Below the pieces are notes generated by a model, which was not told the DNA's origin, made no database searches, and saw only the letters and a list, made by a program, of their open reading frames with translations. From assembly GCA_045046875.1 (NCBI GenBank), contig JASFYY010000027.1:1-45249 (forward strand): a DNA stretch of 45,249 bases, in the 5' to 3' direction. Shown in pieces: positions 8,253 to 17,975 of the stretch. Origin of the DNA: Verrucomicrobiota bacterium (GTDB lineage Bacteria > Verrucomicrobiota > Verrucomicrobiia > Verrucomicrobiales > DEV007). Position numbers and translations under genes: made by a program. The number at the start of each line of letters is the position of its first letter. Positions within the stretch are counted from its first letter, which is position 1.

Positions 8253-9827
8253 TTAAAAAACCATTTCCTTTTGAGTGGATCCGTCGAGGATGGAAATTTT
8301 CTCACGGTGGAAGGCGGGGTCGCTGCGGAAGGTCAAGCGAGCCTGGTGGCGTCGTTCGAGGTCGACGAGCAGTTCGGAATCTTTGGTTTTCAGGCGTTCC
8401 ATTACATCGGGATGAACAATGACGACCAGATCGTCGCAGTCACGGTGTTTGGCCAGCACGGCTGATACCGCGCGTTGCAATTCGACACTCATTGACTCGG
8501 GAGTTTTGACTCGCCCACGTCCCTGGCAATAATGGCAAGGTTCGGTAACGGTCATATTAAGACTCTCGTGCAGACGTTGACGGGTCATTTCCATCAGGCC
8601 GAGCTGGGAGATCTGCAGGGCTTGGGTTTTGGCCTTGTCCATTTTGAGGCGTTCTTTCATCGCCCGGTAAACGGCTTGCTGATCACGGCGTCCGCGCATG
8701 TCGATAAAGTCGACCACTACCAGTCCGCCGATGTTCCGCAGCTTGAGTTGGCGGGCGACTTCACGGGCGGCTTCGACGTTGGTTTGCAGGATCATTTTGT
8801 CCTGCTTCTTGGCGCGTCCGGTATTGACGTCCACGGCGATCATGGCCTCGGTTTCGTCGATCACCAGATAACCGCCGGAGGGCAGCCACACCTGGCGGAA
8901 AAAGGCGTCATCAATTTGTTTCTGAATTTTCAGGTTTTCAAAAATAGGCTCGCTGTTTTCAAACAGGTGAATGCGTTTTTTGGAGCGGCGGGAAATGGTT
9001 CCCACCAGTTCCTTCATGCGTTGCACGGCCTCGGCATTGTCACAGAGGACTTCCTGAATTTCGTCGGTGAGAAAGTCGCGTACGGTTCGTTCAATCAGGT
9101 CCGGCTCGCGGAAGACGCAAGTGGGGGCTTTGTTGCTGGCGGCGTTGTCTTCGATTTCCGCCCATTGTTCCAGCAGAATGCTCAAGTCACGGATGAAATA
9201 ACGCAGGCGTTGGCCGGTGGCGACGGTGCGCAGAATGATGCCCATGCCTTCGGGCACCTGGAGTTTTTCCATCACCTTGCGCAAGCGGGCGCGCTCTTTG
9301 GGATCCTCGATTTTGCGGGAAATACCAAACTGGTCGTTGCGGGGCATCAATACCATGTAACGCCCGGCGAGCGAGATGTTGGTGGTCACACGCGGGCCTT
9401 TGTTGCCGATCGGGCCTTTGGAAACCTGCAGCAGCACTTCGGATCCGGCGGGGTAAAGTTTGGGGATGTCCTGGGAGGTGATTCGGGGTTGGCGTTTTTT
9501 GCCACCTTTGCCACCGCCCTCGCGGCGGATTTCCTCCATGCCGCTATCGAGGGCCTCGGGAATGGCATCCCAGAAGTGAAGGAAGGCGTTTTTTTCCATG
9601 CCGATATCGACGAACATGGCCTTCAGCCCGGTTTCGACATTACGCACGACACCTTTGTAGATCGAGCCGACAATGTTGACGTCATCGGTTCGTTCGACGG
9701 TGTATTCCTCGAGTTCGCCGTCTTCCATGACCGCGACACGGGTTTCTAGTTTTTCACAGTTGATCGCAATTTTAGTGCCTCCTTCGAGTGCTTTTGCGCG
9801 AAATACTTTAGTTAGTTTTTTTAGCAT
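8253..9827 (-). CDS. rng: Ribonuclease E/G family protein
   Basis: S1 domain (GSIYKGVV, AMFVDIG), catalytic IAVDVNTG and GGLVVVDFIDM, zinc link CHYCQGRG; no long RNase E scaffold. Confidence 0.92.
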   Translation of the reverse strand: MLKKLTKVFRAKALEGGTKIAINCEKLETRVAVMEDGELEEYTVERTDDVNIVGSIYKGVVRNVETGLKAMFVDIGMEKNAFLHFWDAIPEALDSGMEEIRREGGGKGGKKRQPRITSQDIPKLYPAGSEVLLQVSKGPIGNKGPRVTTNISLAGRYMVLMPRNDQFGISRKIEDPKERARLRKVMEKLQVPEGMGIILRTVATGQRLRYFIRDLSILLEQWAEIEDNAASNKAPTCVFREPDLIERTVRDFLTDEIQEVLCDNAEAVQRMKELVGTISRRSKKRIHLFENSEPIFENLKIQKQIDDAFFRQVWLPSGGYLVIDETEAMIAVDVNTGRAKKQDKMILQTNVEAAREVARQLKLRNIGGLVVVDFIDMRGRRDQQAVYRAMKERLKMDKAKTQALQISQLGLMEMTRQRLHESLNMTVTEPCHYCQGRGRVKTPESMSVELQRAVSAVLAKHRDCDDLVVIVHPDVMERLKTKDSELLVDLERRHQARLTFRSDPAFHREKISILDGSTQKEMVF

Positions 9828-9890
9828 TTTATAAATTTGGGTTTCCCCGGTTGATAAGTTTTAGTTGTTCTGTTTTTGACAAAAATTTCT

Positions 9891-12059
9891 TCAATGTCCG
9901 CCGATGAAGCGGCGTAGATTTTTCCAGCGTAGTTTGCGTTTGCTATTTTGTTTTTCCACGGAGCCTTCGGCGTCCGCTTTGCGTTTGATAGATGGAGCAG
10001 GGGCCTTCCTTTTGGTAATTTTTTTGGCGGTCAACTGGACCGGCATGATGTCAGACACGTCGACCGCTTCTTCGTCGTCATCACTGGCGTATTCTTTCAG
10101 TCCTTCACCGTCGAAAGAGACCATCAGGATACGGTCAAAGTTGCCTTCGGCTTCGGGTAGTCTTTCGAGTTTGATTTGTTTTCCTTTACGCATCGCCATG
10201 GTTTCATCAATGATGTTTTTAGCGATAGGTCCGGCCGCACGGCCACCAGAGAAGCCGTTGTGAACAAAAACGCATACGGCGAGTTCGGGTTTATCGTAAG
10301 GAGCAAAAGAAATGAACCAGGCATTGGTGGGCTCTTTGGGGTTACCGGTCTGGGTAGTTCCGGTTTTGCCGGAGATAACGGTGATTTCAGATTTGGCTCG
10401 CGGGGCGGTGCCTCTTGATTCATTAACCACCCGCCACATGCCGTGTTTGACCATTTCGACATCTTCGCGAGTCAACCCCTCCTTGATCAGGTCGTGTTTC
10501 ACTTTGGAAGCTTCGCGGAAAACCAGACTGCCGTCTCTTTCGGCCACTCGTTCGATCAGGCGTGGTTGGAACACCCGCCCGCCGTTGCTGACGGTGGCTG
10601 TTACGCTGGCCATTTGCAGTGGAGTGGCTTCGTTGGCGCCCTGGCCGATAGCGGCGAGGGCGGTGAAGGCGTCACTCCACATCAGACCTTGCATGCGCAA
10701 CCACTCGGGGCCGGGTACACTGCCGGGGCTTTCTCCCGTGACCTCGATGCCGGTTTTGTGTCCCAGACCGAGGATCTCTGTCATTTTAAGTATATCCTTG
10801 ATGCCACAGACGTTGGCGTATTGATAAAAGAAGGCGTTGCAGGAATATTTGAGCGCTTCGCTGAGATTGATCGAACCATGAGTGAAGCCTTTTGACAGGC
10901 ACCAGCATTTCATGTATTTGGCGCCGTATTGCACTCCGCCGTAACAGTTGAAGTTGCGGTGATGGGTGCCCGAGAGCATGCCGGAAAGGGAAATCGGAAC
11001 CTTGAAAGTGGAACCCGGTGAGTAGGGGTTGATCGCGCGGTTGAACATCGGGCTGCTGGGATCTTCGGTGTAGCGTTTCCAATCACTGAGGGCGATGGTA
11101 GGGATGAAGGCGTTGGGGTTGAACGAGGGCACCGAGGCCATGGCAAGGATATCTCCGCTTTGGGGGTCGATGACCACGGCGGCACCACGTCCGATTTTCC
11201 TGAGAGATTTTTCCGCGATCATCTGGATGCGGGCATCGAGGGTCAAATAAACATCGGCTCCGGGTTGTGGTGGGGTGTAGCTGGCTTCACCGACAATTTT
11301 GCGTTTTTCATCGCGTTCAAGAACCCGCTTGCCCGGTTTGCCCTGCAAATAATGGTTCATGGTTTTTTCTATCCCATAAACTCCGTAGTCATCACCGACG
11401 TAGTGGTTGTATTTTTTTTGCTCTTGCTGCGGCACAAGTTTGATGTCGGGGAGGTTCACATAACCCAGGATATGTCCGGCGAGCGAGTCAAAACGGTAGT
11501 CGCGACTGGCTTTGGCCGAGACGGTGACCCCTGGAATGTCGAGGTTGTGTTCGGCAAAAACAGCAAATTCTTCAAATTTCAAATCGCGCCGGTAGGTGTA
11601 GGGAACGAGGCCCGAGGTGGTGCGAAAATGGCGGCGTAGTTGGTTGGAGTTGAAGTCGGCAGCCAGACCTAATGCGGCCAGGCCGGGCAATACCGATTGT
11701 TTGACGATTTCTACCACATCGACCTCTTTTCTCTCTTGAGGCTGACCCCTGACGATGGGGAAAAAAGTGTGTGAAGGCACCGTGTCGTGACTTTTTTTGT
11801 AGTTTGAAACGATCTCTTTCAAGTCAAGATTGACTTCGTAGTTAGCTACGTTTTGAACCAGAGTGATGCCGTTGCGATCTTTGATCTCGCCTCGTACACC
11901 GGGGATGCGCACTGAAACCTCGGAGCCGCCGGGTAGTTTGTTTTCGTATTTTTTGCCCTGTACAATTTGGATCTCGTACAGGCGGACGGTCAGCAGGCCA
12001 AAGCCTAACAAAACAACGGTAGCTAAAAAATAGAGTCTAAGCCGAAAATGAGTCGCCAT
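9891..12059 (-). CDS. mrdA: Penicillin-binding protein 2
   Basis: RGEIKDRNG, PGSTFK (SxxK), SCN (SxN), GKTGT (KTG); downstream of mreD. Start placed at ATG 12059. Confidence 0.93.
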   Translation of the reverse strand: MATHFRLRLYFLATVVLLGFGLLTVRLYEIQIVQGKKYENKLPGGSEVSVRIPGVRGEIKDRNGITLVQNVANYEVNLDLKEIVSNYKKSHDTVPSHTFFPIVRGQPQERKEVDVVEIVKQSVLPGLAALGLAADFNSNQLRRHFRTTSGLVPYTYRRDLKFEEFAVFAEHNLDIPGVTVSAKASRDYRFDSLAGHILGYVNLPDIKLVPQQEQKKYNHYVGDDYGVYGIEKTMNHYLQGKPGKRVLERDEKRKIVGEASYTPPQPGADVYLTLDARIQMIAEKSLRKIGRGAAVVIDPQSGDILAMASVPSFNPNAFIPTIALSDWKRYTEDPSSPMFNRAINPYSPGSTFKVPISLSGMLSGTHHRNFNCYGGVQYGAKYMKCWCLSKGFTHGSINLSEALKYSCNAFFYQYANVCGIKDILKMTEILGLGHKTGIEVTGESPGSVPGPEWLRMQGLMWSDAFTALAAIGQGANEATPLQMASVTATVSNGGRVFQPRLIERVAERDGSLVFREASKVKHDLIKEGLTREDVEMVKHGMWRVVNESRGTAPRAKSEITVISGKTGTTQTGNPKEPTNAWFISFAPYDKPELAVCVFVHNGFSGGRAAGPIAKNIIDETMAMRKGKQIKLERLPEAEGNFDRILMVSFDGEGLKEYASDDDEEAVDVSDIMPVQLTAKKITKRKAPAPSIKRKADAEGSVEKQNSKRKLRWKNLRRFIGGH

Positions 12060-12609
12060 ATTGGTCCAGATTACGGGTGATACCTTCGAGGCGAATGCGG
12101 AAGCCGGTGCGTTTGGCAGCACGGCTCAGCAACAACAAAACAAACGGGGCAATCAACATCGAGAACAAGGATGTCATCAACATCTTGAACCAGATTTCGG
12201 CAGGGAATTCGATGCCCCCGCGATGGAAGCTGATCATTAGGAATTCGATCAGCAGACCGAGCATGATCATCAAGCCCACCATGAAGACCGGCACTTCCCA
12301 GCGTCCACGGCTGAACAGCGGGCGTACCCCTTGGATGAATAGACCCAACAAACCGAGGATAAAAATGCTGAGACCAAAAGAAAGCTCCGCTGAATTACCA
12401 AGAGGTACATGGTAGCGGGCGTCCCAGATGAAACCGGTGAAAACCGCCAGTGCTAACATGACGGGGAAGGGCAGGGTCACGGCGGCGCAGAGGAATACGG
12501 TGAAGACCAGCATCAGGCGGGCGCCGTAGGCCCATTCGAAAACGGGAACGAACTCCTGCAGCACGAAGGACAGGCAAATCGATGAAAAAACTATGAGGTA
12601 GTAGATCAT
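12037..12609 (-). CDS. mreD: Rod shape-determining protein MreD
   Basis: Five to six TM hydrophobic protein located between mreC and mrdA. Confidence 0.75.
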   Translation of the reverse strand: MIYYLIVFSSICLSFVLQEFVPVFEWAYGARLMLVFTVFLCAAVTLPFPVMLALAVFTGFIWDARYHVPLGNSAELSFGLSIFILGLLGLFIQGVRPLFSRGRWEVPVFMVGLMIMLGLLIEFLMISFHRGGIEFPAEIWFKMLMTSLFSMLIAPFVLLLLSRAAKRTGFRIRLEGITRNLDQYGDSFSA

Positions 12610-13424
12610 TCTTTTAATCCTGATACGACAAAGACATTTTTTAATAAAGCAAAATTCACCTTGGAGATGACCACGGCCTCACCGGCGATGGCTCCACGGG
12701 AAAACTCTTTCACCTCGCCGAGTAACAAGTTGCCGGGGAAAACTCCGCCGACTCCAGATGAAATGACGGTATCCCCCGGGGCGATGGCGGCATCTTTGGA
12801 AATATAACGCAGTTTGAGTTCGGGGGCGGAGTTGAGCGCTCCGCGTTGACCGGAGAGGATGCCTTGTTCGGAGGTGCCCATCACTCGTGCGGATACCTGG
12901 CAGACTTCGTCAGACAAAAGGATGATCACCGAGCTGTCTTCGCCCACCTGGGCGACTTTCCCCACCAGTGCGGCTTCGTTTTCGACCGGCACAATCACCG
13001 GGCTGTCCACGGTGATGTTGGCGCGGCTGCCCTGGTCGATGATCAGGGTGTGGTACCAAGTGGGACCTTTGCGATTGATCACCCGCGCGGATACCAGTTT
13101 CAGCGGTGAGTTCTCAACATAATTCAGCGCTTGGCGTAATACGCGGTTTTCTTCGGTCAGTTCGTGCAGCCGTTCGTTTTCCAAACGCAGCAAGGCGCTT
13201 TCCCGTTCGAGCACATCGAGCCTTTTACGCAGTTCGCGCGGAGAGCGGCCGTCGTCGCCGAATTCATCCACACTGCGTTCGAGCTTTTCGCTCCCGGACA
13301 TAGACGGGGAGAACACCGCCAGCGCACCGCGTTGCACTACCTGTATCGTTTCCGGGCTGAACATAAATATCCAGATCAGAACCACCCCGAATACAATCAG
13401 GGTTATGATGTTAATCCTACTCAT
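12606..13424 (-). CDS. mreC: Rod shape-determining protein MreC
   Basis: TM plus coiled coil (LTEENRVLRQAL), IIDQGS, GDTVISSGVGGVFP. Confidence 0.92.
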   Translation of the reverse strand: MSRINIITLIVFGVVLIWIFMFSPETIQVVQRGALAVFSPSMSGSEKLERSVDEFGDDGRSPRELRKRLDVLERESALLRLENERLHELTEENRVLRQALNYVENSPLKLVSARVINRKGPTWYHTLIIDQGSRANITVDSPVIVPVENEAALVGKVAQVGEDSSVIILLSDEVCQVSARVMGTSEQGILSGQRGALNSAPELKLRYISKDAAIAPGDTVISSGVGGVFPGNLLLGEVKEFSRGAIAGEAVVISKVNFALLKNVFVVSGLKE

Positions 13425-13459
13425 TTTACCGCAATCCTATAGGAAAAGCGGCAAGTGTA

Positions 13460-14488
13460 TCAATTCTCGTTGCTCGTTACCCGTTGCAGGAAGGAAAGCT
13501 CATTTAAAACCTTGCCCGCACCTTCTGCGACCGCACTTAGAGGGTCTTCTGCCACATGCACGGGTAATCCAGTTTCTTCCGATAAAAGCTTGTCCAGCCC
13601 GCGCAGCAAAGCTCCGCCACCTGCCAATACAAATCCTCTGTCTACAAGGTCCGCCGATAGTTCCGGTGGACACCTTTCTAAAGTTACTCTGACTGAATCG
13701 ACGATGGTATTGAGGGGGTCCATCATCGCTTCTCTAATTTCCGAAGAAGTCACGGTGATCGTTTTGGGCAGTCCGGCGACCAGATCGCGCCCTTTCACTT
13801 CAACCGTGGTTTCTTTTCCCTGGGGATAAGCTGACCCCATTCGAATTTTGATCTCTTCTGCGGTGCGCTCACCGATCATCAGGTTGTAAGCGCGTTTCAT
13901 GTATTGAACCACCGCTTCATCGAGTTCGTCGCCGGCTACCCGGACACTACGACTGTAAACAATGCCCGAAAGGGAAATGATCGCCACCTCGGTGGTGCCT
14001 CCACCAATGTCGACCACCATGTTGGCAGCAGCTTCCTGCACTGGCAGTCCAACCCCGATAGCGGCTGCCATCGGCTCTTCGATCAAATAAACTTCCCGTG
14101 CTCCGGCATGAACGGCGGATTCCTTCACCGCGCGTTTCTCCACTTCGGTGATGCCTGATGGCACCGCGATCACCACCCGGGGATGTACCATGCCACGGCG
14201 ATTGTGCACTTTGCGGATGAAATGGCGCAGCATCGCTTCGGTCACTTCAAAATCAGCGATCACCCCGTCCCTGAGCGGCCGGATGGCGACGATGTTGCCG
14301 GGTGTGCGTCCCAGCATGCGTTTGGCGTCGTCGCCTACGGCGAGAACCTGGTTGGTGCCGGCTTTCACCGCCACCACTGAAGGTTCGCGTAGCACGATGC
14401 CATGATCTTTCACATACACCAGCGTATTCGCGGTGCCCAAGTCAATACCTATATCGCTGGAAAATAATCCAAATAGCTTTCCGAACAT
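13460..14488 (-). CDS. mreB: Rod shape-determining protein MreB
   Basis: [42 protein letters not shown]. Confidence 0.98.
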   Translation of the reverse strand: MFGKLFGLFSSDIGIDLGTANTLVYVKDHGIVLREPSVVAVKAGTNQVLAVGDDAKRMLGRTPGNIVAIRPLRDGVIADFEVTEAMLRHFIRKVHNRRGMVHPRVVIAVPSGITEVEKRAVKESAVHAGAREVYLIEEPMAAAIGVGLPVQEAAANMVVDIGGGTTEVAIISLSGIVYSRSVRVAGDELDEAVVQYMKRAYNLMIGERTAEEIKIRMGSAYPQGKETTVEVKGRDLVAGLPKTITVTSSEIREAMMDPLNTIVDSVRVTLERCPPELSADLVDRGFVLAGGGALLRGLDKLLSEETGLPVHVAEDPLSAVAEGAGKVLNELSFLQRVTSNEN

Positions 14489-14706
14489 TTAAACTCCTAA
14501 TATTTTCAAAATTTATAAATCTGCCACTGTTAGTCGGCAGTGGATGGTCTAAAACCAATCATGCCCATACTAAGTCAAGGTAAAGCGTCGTCGAGGATTA
14601 AATTTGTTACTTAGGGGAAAATATTAAGTAAAAGTGTTCCTTTTGCTCCCTGCGGTTTGAATTAGGGGCAAGTCAGCTGTATGGGGGCGCTGCAAATAGG
14701 GCTAAA

Positions 14707-15072
14707 ATGGAACAAAAACCGTCAGATCCAGCCGAAAAGGATGTTTATTACCAGTGCCAGCGCTGTGGTAATTGCTGTCGCTGGCCGGGGGATGTGTGTT
14801 TTGATCCGGATGAGATTTCTCCAGTGGCGCGGTTTGTGGGACTTTCGGAGGAGGACTTCATCCAACAATACATGCGATTGCGCACGGATCGACAGGGTTT
14901 GTCCTTGATTGAAAAACCGAATGACGAGTGCATTTTCCTCGAAGACAACGTCTGCATGATCCAGCCGGTCAAACCCCGCCAATGCAAAGGTTTCCCTAAT
15001 GAGTGGAATTTTCCCGGCTGGAGGAAGGAGTGTGAGGCGATTCCGGCACCGCGTCCGGTGGTGCAGGATTGA
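14707..15072 (+). CDS. YkgJ family cysteine-cluster protein
   Basis: CQRCGNCC ... CIFL ... CMIQPVKPRQCKGFP ... C. Confidence 0.88.
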   Translation: MEQKPSDPAEKDVYYQCQRCGNCCRWPGDVCFDPDEISPVARFVGLSEEDFIQQYMRLRTDRQGLSLIEKPNDECIFLEDNVCMIQPVKPRQCKGFPNEWNFPGWRKECEAIPAPRPVVQD

Positions 15073-15186
15073 ACGTCAAATATTGAACAAGGAATATTGA
15101 GTGAAGGAGGTGGGAAGTGGGGGCAATGAGTTTCGCTGCGCTCTTTCCTTGAATCTTTACTGATTTTCAGTCAGAGTTCCCTCGTT

Positions 15187-15669
15187 ATGGAATCTCACGA
15201 AATCATTAAGGATGCGGTGGACAAAACCGGGCCGAAAGAAGTGGCTGCGGAATTGGGTTTGTCGCTATCGCTGATCTACAAATGGGCGCAGGCGGCGGAA
15301 GAGGATGGCTCGGGTAGCCGCAATCCCTTGGACCGGGTGCTGCAGTTGGTTGAAATCACCGACGACCATTCGTTGATCCAATGGCTGTGTGTGCGTACCG
15401 GCGGTTATTATGTGCACAATCATTCGGCTGAAAGCGAAGAAGGCTACGAGGTGGTGCCGGCCACTAATGAGATTGTCCAGCAGTTTGCCGACTTGTTGCA
15501 AGTGATCACCCAGGCGGCTTTTGATCAGTCGATCAGTGAAGACGAGAGCGAACGTATCCGCAAGGTGTGGGAAGACTTAAAACGTTACACCGAGGGATTT
15601 GTGCGCTGCTGTGAGGACGGGGATTTTGAAAAAATGCTCACCCGGGAGAAACCCGGGCAGCAAGATTGA
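15187..15669 (+). CDS. Phage regulatory CII-family-like HTH protein
   Basis: N-terminal HTH (KEVAAELGLSLSLIYKW), NPLDR motif, C-terminal helices with D..IS.DE..RIR. Confidence 0.7.
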   Translation: MESHEIIKDAVDKTGPKEVAAELGLSLSLIYKWAQAAEEDGSGSRNPLDRVLQLVEITDDHSLIQWLCVRTGGYYVHNHSAESEEGYEVVPATNEIVQQFADLLQVITQAAFDQSISEDESERIRKVWEDLKRYTEGFVRCCEDGDFEKMLTREKPGQQD

Positions 15670-15673
15670 TTTT

Positions 15674-17494
15674 TCAATGGTCTGAGGCTTGGCTGGATCC
15701 CTTGGGGATGTGGATGCTCTCCACCATGTCCTGCACTTCTTGCGGAGGAGCAGGGGTGAAGGAGCTGACCACAAAAGCAACGGAGAAGTTGATCAGCATG
15801 CCGACGAAGCCGATGCCTTCGGGGGAGATATCAAGGAAGTATTGTTCTTTGGTGCCACCGAGGAACTGGAAATAAACAATGTAGCCGATGGTAAACGAGA
15901 TGCCGCAGAGCATGCCGCTGATCGCGCCTTCTTTGTTCATGCGTTTGGAGAAAATGCCGATTAACAGAGTAGGAAAAAATGAAGATGCTGCCAGACCAAA
16001 TGCAAAAGCCACGGTTTTTGCGATGAAAGCCGAAGGCGGATTGATGCCAAAATAAGCGGCAATCGCCAGTGCGGCAAAGGAGGCGATGCGGGCGTAACGA
16101 ACTTCTTCTTTATCGCTCAGATCTGGTTTGACGATTTTTTTCATCAGGTCGTGGGAGATCGAAGTGGATAAAACCAACAGCAGCCCCGCCGCGGTCGAAA
16201 GAGCCGCCGCGATGCAACCCGCCATCAGCAGGGCGATCACCCATTTGGGCAATCCGGCCATGGATGGATTGGCCATTACCATGATGTCCGTGCCAAACCA
16301 AAGTTCATTGGGGTTGGATAAGTCAGCTTTATTAGCCAATAAACGTTCGCCGAATTTGCCTGTAAGTTGATCTTTCGGGGCATCGTATTCAGGGTAGCTG
16401 GGCTTTTTTCCCTGGAAAACGGTATTGCTACCGCTTTCGGATTTAGCGGGCCCAAAATATTGAATTTTGCCATCACCGTTTTTGTCCACCCAGGCCATTT
16501 GGCCGGTGGCTTCGAATTCCTTGAGCCATGAAGGGGCTTTCTGGTAACTCGTATCGTGCAGATTCTGGATCAGGTTGACCCGGGAAAAAGCGCCGACGGT
16601 TGGCGCGGTGAGGTAGATGACGGCAATGAAGAGCAGTGTCCAGCAGGCAGATTTTCTGACCGCCTTGACGTTTTTCACGGTGAAAAAGCGTACAATCACG
16701 TGCGGCAAACCTGCCGTGCCGCACATCAGCGCGGCGGTGATACAGAACATATCGATCGATTTGAGTTTGCCCGAGGTGTATTCGCTGAAACCTATCTCGG
16801 TATTGATATTATTGAGCTTCTCTAAAAAAGGTATGTGTTCTCCACCGGCGGTGTAGTTTCCGATCAGGCCGAGTTGCGGCAGGAAATGTTCGGTCATCGC
16901 GATGGAGATAAAAATCGCCGGAATGGTGTAAGCGAAGGCCATCACGGTGTATTGCGCTACCTGGGTGTAGGTGATGCCCTTCATGCCACCGAGTCCGGCG
17001 TAGAAAAAGACGATGCTTGCTCCGATCAAAACACCGGCAGGGATGCCGATGCCAAAAAGCTGGGAAAACACCACGCCAACTCCACGCATTTGCCCCATGA
17101 TGTAGGTCATGCAGATGAAAATCGCGCAGAGCACCGCAACCCCACGTGCCAGGCGTGAGTAATAACGGTCACCGATGAAGTCGGGCACGGTCGCTTTGCC
17201 AAATTTGCGCAGATAGGGAACCATCAGGATGGTCAGCAGCACAAAACCACCGGTCCAACCCATCAGATAACGGGACGCATCGTAACCATTGGAGGCAATC
17301 ACGCCTGCCATGGAGATGAAAGTTGCAGCCGACATCCAGTCTGCAGCGGTGGCCATGCCGTTGGCCAGCGGGGAAACACCGCCGCCAGCGGTGTAGTATT
17401 CCTTGGTGGACACCGCTCGCGACTTGATCGCGATGCCGATGTAGAGGGCAAAGGAGATGCCGATGAAGATGAAATTGTAGGTATCCTGGCTCAT
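15674..17494 (-). CDS. actP: Sodium:solute symporter, ActP/VC_2705 (acetate permease-like) subfamily
   Basis: [40 protein letters not shown]; paired with DUF4212 small subunit. Confidence 0.88.
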   Translation of the reverse strand: MSQDTYNFIFIGISFALYIGIAIKSRAVSTKEYYTAGGGVSPLANGMATAADWMSAATFISMAGVIASNGYDASRYLMGWTGGFVLLTILMVPYLRKFGKATVPDFIGDRYYSRLARGVAVLCAIFICMTYIMGQMRGVGVVFSQLFGIGIPAGVLIGASIVFFYAGLGGMKGITYTQVAQYTVMAFAYTIPAIFISIAMTEHFLPQLGLIGNYTAGGEHIPFLEKLNNINTEIGFSEYTSGKLKSIDMFCITAALMCGTAGLPHVIVRFFTVKNVKAVRKSACWTLLFIAVIYLTAPTVGAFSRVNLIQNLHDTSYQKAPSWLKEFEATGQMAWVDKNGDGKIQYFGPAKSESGSNTVFQGKKPSYPEYDAPKDQLTGKFGERLLANKADLSNPNELWFGTDIMVMANPSMAGLPKWVIALLMAGCIAAALSTAAGLLLVLSTSISHDLMKKIVKPDLSDKEEVRYARIASFAALAIAAYFGINPPSAFIAKTVAFAFGLAASSFFPTLLIGIFSKRMNKEGAISGMLCGISFTIGYIVYFQFLGGTKEQYFLDISPEGIGFVGMLINFSVAFVVSSFTPAPPQEVQDMVESIHIPKGSSQASDH

Positions 17495-17496
17495 AA

Positions 17497-17787
17497 TTAT
17501 TTATCTTCGTTTTTGTCCTCGGTGTAGCCGTGTTTGGCATCGAGCCGGTTCATCAGCACGGCATAAATGACGAGCAAAAGAACAAAACAAATGATCGAGC
17601 CCTGTTGCGCCATCCAGAATCCAAAAGGCGCGGTACCGATGTGGGGGGCGTGGGCATCGAGTTGATCGCGGAATAGGATGCCGCAGCCAAAGCTGACGGA
17701 GAACCAAACGGCCAACAGGCTGAACACAATTTTCAGACAAGCCTTGCGGTGGGCTGCCGGATGGGTATCGGAAGGATCAGTTTTCAT
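17497..17787 (-). CDS. DUF4212 small membrane subunit of the solute symporter
   Basis: [11 protein letters not shown] ... [12 protein letters not shown] ... MNRLD. Confidence 0.9.
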   Translation of the reverse strand: MKTDPSDTHPAAHRKACLKIVFSLLAVWFSVSFGCGILFRDQLDAHAPHIGTAPFGFWMAQQGSIICFVLLLVIYAVLMNRLDAKHGYTEDKNEDK

Positions 17788-17975
17788 GGTGTAATAAATA
17801 TGAGTTGAGTAGTGGTAATCTGAGAGCTAGGACTTTGCTGGGGAAGGGCTTGGTTTTATTTTACTAGGATTTTTCTCAGTAGAAAGGGATAATGAGCTTG
17901 AATACAAGCCTTGTGGGGCTGAAAATCAGGCTATCAGGATTCACGCAGCAATGACTTAATGCCATCTAGCGCCTG

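Noticed and set aside
8532..9749. 405 aa plus-strand ORF
   Set aside because: Antisense shadow of the RNase E/G gene, with no motif
15187..15669. Prophage suggested by the CII-like gene
   Set aside because: No structural, replication or phage integrase genes nearby
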